A DNA stretch of 63,721 bases, the filler included, from Nemertoderma westbladi (lineage: Eukaryota > Animalia > Xenacoelomorpha): the NCBI GenBank assembly GCA_032718475.1. It is 3 parts of 3 records of this genome, joined end to end, with 100 filler letters (N's around TTAATTAATTAA, not from the genome) between each part and the next. Parts side by side here need not be neighbours in the genome. Positions count along the whole stretch, not along the records: positions 1 to 31,848 come from JAUCBJ010005897.1; positions 31,949 to 59,762 come from JAUCBJ010003129.1; 1 more part is not named here. One strand, 5' to 3'. The translations under genes were made by a program, and so were the position numbers. This document shows, one piece after another, positions 25,404 to 37,563 of this stretch (position 1 is the first letter of the stretch; every line of letters begins with the position of its first letter). The notes under the pieces are model-generated. The model was not told the origin of the DNA. It saw only the letters and a list, made by a program, of their open reading frames with translations, and made no database searches.

Positions 25404-28400
25404 GTGCATTCTATAATATTTGTAGGACACTAACAGCACCTATGGTGCATTCTATAATATTTGTAGGACACTAACCTGCACCTATTGTGCTCTCTATAAT
25501 ACTTGTAGGACACAAACCAGCACCTATGGTGCTCTCTATAATATTTGTAGGAAACAAACCAGCACCTATGGTGCTCTCTATAATACTTGTAGGACACAAA
25601 CCAGCACCTATGGTGCTCTCTATAATACTTGTAGGACACAAACCAGCACCTATGGTGCTCTCTATAATACTTGTAGGACACAAACCAGCACCTATGGTGC
25701 TCTCTATAATACTTGTAGGACACAAACCAGCACCTATGGTGCTCTCTATAATACTTGTAGGACACAAACCAGCACCTATGGTGCTCTCTATAATACTTGT
25801 AGGACACAAACCAGCACCTATGGTGCTCTCTATAATACTTGTAGGACACAAACCAGCACCTATGGTGCTCTCTATAATATTTGTAGGAAACAAACCAGCA
25901 CCTATGGTGCTCTCTATAATACTTGTAGGACACAAACCAGCACCTATGGTGCTCTCTATAATACTTGTAGGACACAAACCAGCACCTATGGTGCTCTCTA
26001 TAATACTTGTAGGACACAAACCAGCACCTATGGTGCTCTCTATAATACTTGTAGGACACAAACCAGCACCTATGGTGCTCTCTATAATACTTGTAGGACA
26101 CAAACCAGCACCTATGGTGCTCTCTATAATACTTGTAGGACACAAACCAGCACCTATGGTGCTCTCTATAATACTTGTAGGACACAAACCAGCACCTATG
26201 GTGCTCTCTATAATACTTGTAGGACACAAACCAGCACCTATGGTGCTCTCTATAATATTTGTAGGAAACAAACCAGCACCTATGGTGCTCTCTATAATAC
26301 TTGTAGGACACAAACCAGCACCTATGGTGCTCTCTATAATACTTGTAGGACACAAACCAGCACCTATGGTGCTCTCTATAATACTTGTAGGACACAAACC
26401 AGCACCTATGGTGCTCTCTATAATACTTGTAGGACACAAACCAGCACCTATGGTGCTCTCTATAATACTTGTAGGACACAAACCAGCACCTATGGTGCTC
26501 TCTATAATATTTGTAGGACACAAACCAGCACCTATGGTGCACTCTATAATACTTGTAGGACACAAACCAGCACCTATGGTGCTCTCTATAATACTTGTAG
26601 GACACAAACCTGCATCTATGGTGCTCTCTATAATACTTGTAGGACACAAACCAGCACCTATGGTGCTCTCTATAATACTTGTAGGACACAAACCAGCACC
26701 TATGGTGCTCTCTATAATACTTGTAGGACACAAACCAGCACCTATGGTGCTCTCTATAATACTTGTAGGACACAAACCAGCACCTATGGTGCTCTCTATA
26801 ATACTTGTAGGACACAAACCTGCACCTATGGTGCTCTCTATAATACTTGTAGGACACAAACCAGCACCTATGGTGCTCTCTATAATACTTGTAGGACACA
26901 AACCAGCACCTATGGTGCTCTCTATAATACTTGTAGGACACAAACCAGCACCTATGGTGCTCTCTATAATACTTGTAGGACACAAACCAGCACCTATGGT
27001 GCTCTCTATAATACTTGTAGGACACAAACCTGCACCTATGGTGCTCTCTATAATATTTGTAGGACACTAACCAGCACCTATGGTGCTCTCTATAATACTT
27101 GTAGGACACAAACCAGCACCTATGGTGCTCTCTATAATATTTGTAGGACACAAACCAGCACCTATGGTGCTCTCTATAATACTTGTAGGACACAAACCAG
27201 CACCTATGGTGCTCTCTATAATACTTGTAGGACACAAACCAGCACCTATGGTGCTCTCTATAATACTTGTAGGACACAAACCAGCACCTATGGTGCTCTC
27301 TATAATACTTGTAGGACACAAACCAGCACCTATGGTGCTCTCTATAATACTTGTAGGACACAAACCAGCACCTATGGTGCTCTCTATAATATTTGTAGGA
27401 CACAAACCAGCACCTATGGTGCACTCTATAATACTTGTAGGACACAAACCAGCACCTATGGTGCTCTCTATAATACTTGTAGGACACAAACCAGCACCTA
27501 TGGTGCTCTCTATAATACTTGTAGGACACAAACCTGCATCTATGGTGCTCTCTATAATATTTGTAGGACACTAACCTGCACCTATGGTGCTATCTATAAT
27601 ATTTGTAGGACACAAACCAGCACCTATGGTGCTCTCTATAATATTTGTAGGAAACAAACCAGCACCTATGGTGCTCTCTATAATACTTGTAGGACACAAA
27701 CCAGCACCTATGGTGCTCTCTATAATACTTGTAGGACACAAACCAGCACCTATGGTGCTCTCTATAATACTTGTAGGACACAAACCTGCATCTATGGTGC
27801 TCTCTATAATACTTGTAGGACACAAACCAGCACCTATGGTGCTCTCTATAATACTTGTAGGACACAAACCTGCACCTATGGTGCTCTCTATAATACTTGT
27901 AGGACACAAACCAGCACCTATGGTGCTCTCTATAATACTTGTAGGACACTAACAGCACCTATGGTGCACTCTATAATATTTGTAGGACACTAACAGCACC
28001 TATGGTGCACTCTATAACACTTATAGGACACAAACCAGCACTTATGGTGCACTCTATAATATTTGTAGGACAGAAACCAGCACCTATGGTGCACTCTATA
28101 ATATTTGTAGGACACTAACAGCACCTATGGTGCACTCTATAACACTTATAGGACACAAACCAGCACTTATGGTGCACTCTATAATATTTGTAGGACACAA
28201 ACCAGCACCTATGGTGCTCTCTATAATACTTGTAGGACACAAACCAGCACCTATGGTGCTCTCTATAATACTTGTAGGACACAAACCAGCACCTATGGTG
28301 CACTCTATAACACTTATAGGACACAAACCAGCACTTATGGTGCACTCTATAATATTTGTAGGACACAAACCAGCACCTATGGTGCACTCTATAATACTTG

Positions 28401-30562
28401 TAGGACACAAACCAGCACTTATGGTGCACTCTATAATATTTGTAGGACACAAACCGGCACCTATGGTGCACTCTATAATATTTGTAGGACACAAACCAGC
28501 ACCTATGGTGCTCTCTATAATACTTGTAGGACACAAACCAGCACCTATGGCGCAATACACAAGGCACAGAAAGAGTCCCGACTCAAACAGACTACAGCGG
28601 CCAAGAATGCAGTTAAGGCTGCATCTAGGTCCCTGAACATGCAGTACTCTGTTAATCTACAGGAGCTAATAAACCAACAGGTTGATGCCATCAATGATGC
28701 TGACGACAGCAGGCAATCATCCCAGGCATGGAAATCGATCAACTTGCTTACTGGGCGGAAAAGCCAACCAACCACCAAGGTTAAGGCTGAATCACCAGCC
28801 AATCGCCTCAATGGTTGGAAGGCCCACTTTGAAAAGCTCCTCAATAATGACAGGGTATTGCCTGATAACTTTATAGAAGTAAAAGTGTCTGAGTCTGTAC
28901 TCCCAGATATTCCCATTGGTGATATCTCCTTTGCAGAAGTGAAGGATGTTGCAAAGAGCATTAAGACCAATCGTGCCAGTGGAGTAGATGGTGTTCCCCC
29001 TGAGGTCTTTAAAATACCTGAGTGTTTAAAGCTCATCTATCCCATCATAGTAGACATGTACCGAACAACAAGAGTCCCACAAGAAATGAAAACAAATAAG
29101 TTGGTGCCAGTTCCCAAGAAGGGCAACCTAACACTCTATGGTTCTTTTCGGGGAATCTCATTGATCTCGATTGCTGCAAAGCTATACAATAGATTCTATT
29201 AAATCGCATCAGGGATCCCATTGAGAGACTGCTCCGTGGAAATCAGAATGGGTTCCGTAAAGGTCGTGGGACCATGGAGCCCATATTGGCATTTAGAAGG
29301 ATAATTGAAGAATTATCAAAAAAGAAAGACAGGCATCTGGCTGTTATCTTTGTTGACTTTTTCAAGGCCTTTGATTCAGTCTCTCGCTCACGTATGTTCA
29401 GCATACTTTCATTATATGGGATTCCTGATGAAATTATTGCAGCAATCAGATCAGTATACGATGGTTCGACAACATTTGTGTCTACTGTTGACGGTGACAC
29501 AGAACCATTTGAAGTGTTATGGGGTGTCCTCCAGGGAGACACACTGGCACCATTCTTGTTCATAATTGTTGTTGACTATGTTCTACGCATGTCCTTAGAT
29601 CATCATAATGATGATGGGGTGATGATAACTCCACCTACTGGCTCCAGAAGTCGAGGAAAGCCTGCCAATTACCTAACTGATCTAGACTTTGCTGATGACT
29701 TAGGAGTACACTCAGAATCACTAGAGGAGCCCAACGGCTCCTCAGCTCATTCGAACATGCTGCTTCTAGTGTTGGTCTTTTTATTAACTCCAGAAAGACC
29801 AAAATTTTGACAGTTAACTAGTCCTCAGAAAGACTCTGATTTCTGTTACCTGGGATCATGGATCCGGAAGTCAGGTGAGGACCTTGGAATACGTAAGGGA
29901 AAGGCATGGGCAGCCTTGAATAGGCTTTCCAGGATTTGGAAGTCACCGAGAATTAATCGGAAACTTAAGGTCCGATTATTTAGAGCAGCTGTAGTTCCAG
30001 TACTCCTCTATGGGAGTCCATGCTGGGCTCTAACTGCTGAGGACACCAAATCTCTGGATGGCACATTCACAAGAATGCTACGCCGGGTTCATTGTGTCAA
30101 GTACAATGCACACATCTCCAACCAGACAATATATAACATTGGAGGTGTCTCATTGGTTCCCCCAAGCTTGACACTAGAACAAAATCGCCTCCGCTTTGCA
30201 GGACATTGCTTTCGCCGTGAGGACCAGTCAGTGCTTAATCTTGTACTTTGGCAGCCTCATGGAGTGAATAAGCATGGTGGACAGCCCATGACTTTCTTGA
30301 GACGCATCTTAAAGGACACTGCCCTTGAAGATGCGGATGATCTAGCGAATATCATGGGTGATAGGGAGTTGTGGTGGTGCAATTTTGTCGATAAGCCGGC
30401 ACAGCATTCTTAAAAATGCAGCTGCAATGCAGCATGCCGATCCTAGTAGTATGGCGCAATCTATACACTTATCGATTGTAGGACACAAACCAGCACCTAT
30501 GGTGCTCTCGATAAAAACTTGTGGATTTTAGGACACTTACCTGCACCTATGGTGCACTCTAT
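25404..30562 (-). repeat. 42-bp donor-derived array (~75 copies at 25404-28556, plus 2-3 copies at 30460-30562)
   Basis: Unit ATAGAGAGCACCATAGGTGCTG|GTTTGTGTCCTACAAGTATT versus the true junction ATAGAGTGCACCATAGGTGCAG|GTAAGTGTCCTAA. Confidence 0.95.
28557..30449 (+). mobile_element. 5'-truncated, frameshifted RTE LINE (same family as 21502-22843)
   Basis: RT split over ORFs starting at 28639, 29274 and 29916. Tail cctagtagt. TSD tatggcgcaat at 28546-28556 and 30450-30460. Confidence 0.95.
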
Positions 30563-30669
30563 CTTTATATTTTTAACATCGAGTTCGGTCGCGAACTCCT
30601 TTACAGCTTGTCCAGGATCCTCGTAATTGCTCGGATCAACGTACGGTCTGAGTCCCATAGGAAACTTAA
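30541..30669 (-). CDS. Eph: Eph juxtamembrane exon
   Basis: Manual translation gives LRPYVDPSNYEDPGQAVKEFATELDVKNIKIECTIGAG, the Eph YxDPxxYEDP motif. Confidence 0.95.
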
Positions 30670-30929
30670 CTAAATAAACAAATATAAATAAATTAAATAG
30701 TTTAATAACTAGTACATTTTATTGGAAACATAAATACTAATAAATTTCTAAACGAATATATTTGCTTAGCATATTGAACACGTAATTTTAATCATTAGAG
30801 GTATGGGAAAGTTGTCAAAAATTTGTTAAGCCTCAATAACCTATAATTTCCTGAATTTCGGTAAAATCGTGTAAAGAAGACCTTAAAGAAGTAACTGTTT
30901 CTTTACTCGAAGTCAATACAATACCTAAC

Positions 30930-31112
30930 CTTCTCCATTCGAATAACCCAGCATAAGTTTCCTTTCATCCGACATGGTTTTATAACCTTTCCGTTTCTTG
31001 AAGACGACAACAATAATAACAACAACAATAACCAGTAGTACGATTAGAGCAATCACGGATACTATGATTATAACTCGCTGATTGGCTGGCGCCATTAACG
31101 GCGGGTTTAGTT
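30930..31112 (-). CDS. Eph: Eph transmembrane exon
   Basis: Manual translation gives VIIIVSVIALIVLLVIVVVIIVVVF-KKRK; phase 1 at both ends. Confidence 0.88.
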
Positions 31113-31214
31113 CTAGAATATAATAAATAAGTTGAATAACCAGTTGTAACTCAATTAAAAAATAAATTTCGTCAAAAATTGTAAAATTAAATATCTTTAT
31201 ATCTTAGAGAGGGT

Positions 31215-31400
31215 GAACTCATTCCATCACGCAGTGGGCCTGATAGTCCCTGGTTCAATCCTGGTTCCCGTCAGATACAATGTGGCGCCCATACAACGTT
31301 AAGGAAACCTGGTTTCTGCTGGTGGGAGTAGTATGTAAAGCATTGTAAAGTAAGTGTAATCAACATTGGGAGTTAAAGTGGCACTCTGACTACAGTTTTG
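31215..31400 (+). mobile_element. Probable SINE fragment
   Basis: B-box-like GGTTCAATCC followed by a SINE-like body. Confidence 0.35.
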
Positions 31401-31462
31401 TTGATACCTCTGTTGGTTGGTGGTGTGATTCACGTTCACCGACGACTCGGACACTAACTAAC

Positions 31463-31744
31463 CGGATTCCTGCGTCGACACAATACGACTGAACCTCCCG
31501 AATGAACCGCCCTGGACGTCCACCGCCACTTGGAACCCATACTGCGACTCGGTTTCGAGGTCCGTTAGTGTAATAGTCGTTGCGTTCGTGTGTCTGTCCG
31601 AGTAAATATTCTTCCCCAAAGACTGTCGGACAATCCGGACGGTGTAACCGACAATCTCGACGCCATCAGTGTCGGGTGGGGCGTCCCACGCCAAGGAGAC
31701 ACTACCGAGAGTGTGGTTGACGATTCGGAGATTGTTTACAGCGA
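31463..31744 (-). CDS. Eph: Eph fibronectin type III exon (gene 5' end lies beyond the contig)
   Basis: SVSLAWDAPP...GYTV...LTDLETESQYGFQVAV FN3 pattern with AG/GT boundaries. Confidence 0.88.
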
Positions 31745-31848
31745 CTAAGAGGAGGGAATATAAAATATAAGTACAGAATATAAACACCCAATGTGGGTTG
31801 AACACTGCATGCACATACACAACATAGGTAGTAACCTAGTGCTCACCC

Positions 31849-31948
31849 NNNNNNNNNNNNNNNNNNNNNNNNNNNNNNNNNNNNNNNNNNNNTTAATTAA
31901 TTAANNNNNNNNNNNNNNNNNNNNNNNNNNNNNNNNNNNNNNNNNNNN
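31849..31948. other. Artificial contig linker N-TTAATTAATTAA-N
   Basis: Six-frame-stop spacer centred in Ns, identical to the one at 59763. Confidence 0.95.
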
Positions 31949-32000
31949 TACCTTCATCTGTTCGCTCTTTACCTTCAGTAATTATCACTTTACAACATAC

Positions 32001-32132
32001 CTTCATCTGCTCTCTCTTTAGTTTTTCTCTTTTCCTTATAAGTTCCACCAACAACCTGGATCTCTCTAAATCCTGTCGCAACCGTTTCCAGAATCTCAGC
32101 TGACTGCGATGAGCGCTCTGTTCGGCAGTTTC
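32001..32132 (-). CDS. BRPF1: BRPF-family exon (EPC-II helix)
   Basis: [31 protein letters not shown]. Confidence 0.92.
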
Positions 32133-32507
32133 CTAGGGGATAAGGAAAATATATCAAATAAAATAAATTATGCTTCTACCGTTACGGAACTATCTCCAGT
32201 TGGGACTAATGTTCATAAATTTAGGATGTTATAAGTTGGGAAGCTCGCCCAATCGTTATTGTATATATAAATATTTTTTAACTTTTATCCGAAATTAGAT
32301 TTTACTTATACCTTGAGGGTTAGGTCAGTTACTGGTGTTTTACTATGTGTTCCTTCGGGTGCGGTAGCACGGTCCTACGTAGTAAATGTTAGATCTAACT
32401 TTCAACTTGGTTATGATTTTCGATCCTTAGTATTCTGTACAATTTTAGTTAAATTTCGCATTGCGATCGATTGATTAGATGGTCCAGAGAGATTGAATTT
32501 AACTTAC

Positions 32508-32664
32508 AGCCTGGGTTGCGCGACTGTTTCCGTGACTCGTTTGGAGCCGACGCAATAAGGGCACGCCGTTCCGTGATTGGCGTTTCAGTAACCAATAAGC
32601 TTGCAATCTCGCCATAAACAAGTCCTTCTTCTGCAGCGTACACCCAATCAAGATCTTTCTGATC
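32508..32664 (-). CDS. BRPF1: BRPF-family exon
   Basis: Manual translation gives [23 protein letters not shown]. Confidence 0.92.
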
Positions 32665-33082
32665 CTAATTAAAAATTACACTTTGTTACATTAAGTGAAA
32701 TTATCAGCGCGGTGAAGTAAAGCTAGTAAAGCTGACCACTTTGTGGCCTTCTAGAACATGTCACAATGTCTAGAGATGTATTTTAAAATATTAAAGAGAT
32801 AAATTTTAAGCGTTTAGAACGCCGATAAATTATTGACATAATGTAAAAAAAATATCTAGACTATTTCTGAAAAATCGTTCACCATTCAGCGTTCAAGACC
32901 CTCGTTTACTTTTATGTAAACATCCATCGCTATGCTCATTCGGTACATAAAATATGTACACCTGGGTTATAACAATCAGTACTACTTCACACACTATTAT
33001 ATACATAGTAATTCATAAGTCATCAGGGAGAAAAATAAAATTAACAATTACTTTACACTAATTTACAACAAAAAAAACTAAC

Positions 33083-33296
33083 TTGGTTGGAGGAATAAAT
33101 GGAATGGATACAACAGGAACCATGGATCGTTTCTCCGCCAATGTTCGTCTCGCTTGTCTCATTTGTTTACGTTTCTCCTCGGTTACTATGATACCATCGT
33201 TGGTAGAATCGATGATTGGTCGTGAAACCGACCCAGCCGGAGTATGGAGGTCGCAGTAAGCTGTCTTTCTAACAGCGACGCTGCAACCATTACCGT
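33083..33296 (-). CDS. BRPF1: BRPF-family exon (end of PHD2)
   Basis: Manual translation gives VRKTAYCDLHTP...ARRTLAEKRSMVPVVSIPFIPP. Confidence 0.92.
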
Positions 33297-34035
33297 CTAC
33301 AAGAGAAAGATATTATATAAGGTTATTTATTTACTTAATTAAAGTAATATAAGGAATACATAATAGCATTACAAATTGAAATTATAATAATATTAATAAT
33401 CATAATAATAATTACAAATAAACTAAAATTGATATTGATACTAATAATAATGTTATATTCATAAAGGCTTTTTAATTAATTATTAAGTTTATTATGAATG
33501 GGAAAATCTTCTAGGCTCGTTACGCCAAGGAATGCCTGTTCACCACCACGGGTGATCTTCCACATTAAACGTTTATTAATTATTAACTGGTTTGACGCCG
33601 AAACATAATCTATTCCACCAATTAGTTTTGGCTGAGGCTATATTCCATATTCATCCTACCAATATTAGCTGTTTGTTTATATGCCCATGGTGTAACCAAT
33701 AACTGCTACGGAAGCAATTTACCTACATTACAAAGGGATAGGGATTACAGGCCTGATCCGTAGGCTATTGGACTGTATCAATCAATTAACATCAACATTG
33801 TACCTCCATTGACACAGCACGCCGAGTTAGGGAAATTACAATATAGAACAGGTTACCTATAATGTACTTTCTGCATGTGATAACAAGAGGTCACGGGGTT
33901 AAACACTTGTAATGCTGAGTATACAAGATACTAAAACGGAAGATGTTTCATTCATTGTGTTGCGATATCGTTTAAATTACTTCCATTTACTGGTCTAGTT
34001 ATTTATTATTAAAGGTTCATCTAGTAGCTTCCATC

Positions 34036-36123
34036 ATGTGGTTGTTGATTTTGTTATTTGTGGCAGCTGCCCAGGCCCACGTTAGCAACCGGCCGCACAT
34101 CCACGTCGGAGAGGGAATGGACGCCCAAGTAGTGTACACAACCGGTCGCGGTCTACCTATCCGGGGCAACGGGGTAATGTTCGTTGTCTGCACCACGGAC
34201 GCGTCTACATTCACCTGCGCCTCGGGAGCTTGCGTTCCGTTGCACGTTATCTGCGACGGATACAACGACTGTGGGGACGAGAGCGACGAAGTTTGTTCCA
34301 AAGACAACCCGGTACCCCAACCCGAACCCCCAAGGTTTGTTCTGTTACTATTGGTTGTCTGACAAATTTAATGTATTTTAATATATTTATTTTGTAGGAA
34401 TTTCTTGCACTATAAATCATTCACACCACTTTAATAACTATACATTTTTATATTGCACTTACCAGTGCCACTATGATTTTATTAACTTGTAAAATATAAT
34501 CATTCAAATAAATGTTACTTTTATCAATTAATAATAAAACTATTTGATTTCCCACAGACTTCCAGGATGCGCCCAGGGAATGTTCGCGTGCAGCACCGGT
34601 GGTTGTATCCTAGAGAACAACGTTTGCAACTCGATCTCGGATTGTCTGGACGGAAGCGACGAGATGTTCTGTAGCTGCACCCGCAACGAATTCCAGTGCT
34701 CCTACGGCCATCCGCGATGCATCCAGGAGGCCTACCACTGCGACGGTTTCTACGACTGCAAAGACAACTCTGACGAGGTCGGCTGCCCCGAGAAGCTCAT
34801 CGCGACCTGCGCCGAAGGAATGTTCAAGTGCAACAACAACCTGTGCATCGAACACGCGATGGTGTGCGACTTACTCAACGATTGCGGGGACGGCAGTGAC
34901 GAAGGTACCTGGTGCCCCACCCCCCAGGAGATCAAGACCCCTTGCGACCCCATCCTACACTTCAGTTGCGGCAACGAGGTTTGCGTCAACGTCGACGTGG
35001 TCTGCGACGGATTCAACGATTGCGGGGACTACACGGACGAAGGGCCGCAATGCCGAGGCCGAACCTGCAAACCGACAATCGAGCGAGCTTGCGACAACGG
35101 CGAGTGCATCCGGAGCAACAACTGGTGCGACAACGTGGTGGATTGTTTGGACTCTTCCGACGAGCTGCACTGCCACGCGCCGCCCCCGCCCCGACCGCAA
35201 CCGGAACTGCCGCCCCCGAGGATCGTGGAAGCCGTCCCCACCCCGCCCGAGTGCCTCTCCAACCAGTTCCGCTGCTCCACCGGCGCCCAATGCCTCGCGT
35301 TGGACCGCGTCTGCGACGGATTCCCCAACTGCGACGACTCCTCCGACGAAGCCTCCTTCTGCTACCCCCCGGCGAATCTCGAGCGACCGATTATCGTTGA
35401 GACCTGCACCGAGGATGAGTTCCGATGCGACAACGGGCAGTGCGTTCCCGGAATCTGTCTGTGCGACGGCTACTACCAATGCGAGGACAGATCGGACGAG
35501 GGGACCATGTGCAGACAGGTGGAGCTGATCCAGCAAGCCAAAGTGTGTCATCCCAACGATTTCCGGTGCAACAACGGAAAGTGTCTGCACAAAGACTACC
35601 TGTGTAACAGCTTGGACGATTGTGGTGACATGTCTGATGAAAGTCTTATCTGCGAATACAGACCCACCGGACACAACTTCAACGGAGCTCAAGGGGGCAA
35701 CATCTTCAACGGAGCTCAAGGGGGCAACATCTTCAACGGAGCTCAAGGGGGCAACATCTTCAACGGAGCTCAAGGAGGAACATCTTCAACGGAGCTGAAG
35801 GAGGAAACATCTACAACAAGCCACCCACCCATACGACGACCGGGGAGCTGCCCACCAAACCCGAACCCATCGAGTTCTGCGAAGGTTTTACCTGCAACGA
35901 CGGACAGTGCATCGAAATGGAGCAGTTCTGCGACTGCGAGATGCATTGCGACGACTTCTCGGATGAGGATACCTTCTGCCTCGATTTCCACAGGGAGAGC
36001 AACCCGGGACCCATGGTCCATCCCAGACCCGGGTTCCCCAACACTCTACCCGCCGCCAATCGACCGGTTATGACAGATTACCGAATGGATCCAGTTACTA
36101 CCTGTCACCTCTGGCTGATGTAA
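34036..36123 (+). pseudogene. Secreted multi-LDLa protein copy 1 (exons 34036-34334 and 34558-36123) with a 1-bp frameshift at ~35780
   Basis: ggaggaacatc versus ggaggaaacatc in the paralogs shifts the last LDLa out of frame. This could be a sequencing error. Confidence 0.7.
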
Positions 36124-37563
36124 CTCCCAAAACTATATCAGAATGTATTGTTAGTTAATAAGTAAATTGTGCTATAAATTATTATATCGCTATATAGAAT
36201 CGCAATATAAATAAATAAATATGTAACTAAGAAATTTATGCTGCTTTTTGAGATGTTTAGCTAACATCATCATGTCCCCGGCACTTTTTACACTTTGTAT
36301 ATTCAATTTAAAATTCAAATAATCGTAACAAACTCTGATCGGGTATTACAGTATAACTATTAACTCCTACGTACATTTCAATCCTTCCCAACCATGTCGC
36401 ATATTCCCAAACACCATGTATATATATATTCAATCCGGCATAAGGCCCCGGCGGCTTTAATTGAGTAAAATGGTCTGCCATGTTAGTAAAATTAGTACTC
36501 CGCACCAATGACTGACATAAAATCAATTGTGTACAAAATTAAATATAAACAAGTTAATCATGTTATTAATGAACTAAAACGGTGGCTGGCGGGTTATGTA
36601 GTATGTACAACAAGCATAGTCCCAGTGCCAATGTATTCCCCACCCTATAGTGTGGGGGCGAGCCACGTAATGGGCGATGAGTTACTATAGAGCGGCGAAA
36701 TCGGCTACCTTCTTTATGGCGGCTTCTTTATTGACTTATTATATTTACAATTCTTAAGGCCTTTATCTTTATTGTAGACTATTATTGTGCCGCTAGAGAT
36801 GACAGTTCAGGTGAGCTCGAGCATTCTAGAACATGGTAAAGGTCCTCGGCGCTGTTACCGCAATATTTGCACGTGCAAGTTTGCATTCTTTCATGAAACA
36901 TATTAATAATATATATAATATTAATAATCATAATAATATTTACAAATAAACTAAAATTGATATTGATACTAATAATAATGTTATATTCATAAAGGCTTTT
37001 TAATTAATTATTAAGTTTATTATGAATGGGACAATCTTTTAGGCTCGTTACGCCAAGGAATGCCTGTTCACCACCACGGGTGATCTTCCACATTAAACGT
37101 TTATTAATTATTAACTGGTTTGACGCCGAAACATAATCTATTCCACCAATCAGTTTTGGCTGAGGCTATATTCCATATTCATCCTACCAATATTAGCTGT
37201 TTGTTTATACACCCATGGTGTAACCAATAACTGCTACGGAAGCAATTTACCTACATTACAAAGGGATAGGGATTACAGGCCTGATCCGAAGGCTATTGGA
37301 CCGTATCAATCAATTAACATCAACATTGTACCTCCATTGACACAGCACGCCGAGTTAGGGAAATTACAATATAGAACAGGTTACCTATGATGTGCTTTCT
37401 GCATGTGATAACAAGAGGTCACGGGGTTAAACACTTGTAATGCTGAGTATACAAGATACTGCAACGGAAGATGTTTCATTCATTGTGTTGCGATATCGTT
37501 TAAATTACTTTCATTTACTGGTCTAGTTATTTATTATTAAAGATTCATCTAGTAGCTTCCATC

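Noticed and set aside
25430-28636. Long ORFs in repeats (713, 527 and 518 aa; also 16685-18163, 49030-50334, 2231-3014, 56267-57782)
   Set aside because: They are by-products of stop-free repeat units or low complexity, open in several frames and strands.
21502-30449. RT genes plus arrays as a retron- or DGR-like system that generates the repeats
   Set aside because: The RTs are ordinary truncated RTE LINEs whose TSDs show insertion into pre-existing arrays. The BRPF arrays have no RT.
31463-32132. Eph-BRPF fusion or tight linkage
   Set aside because: The two genes are separated by an artificial linker and both are truncated at it.
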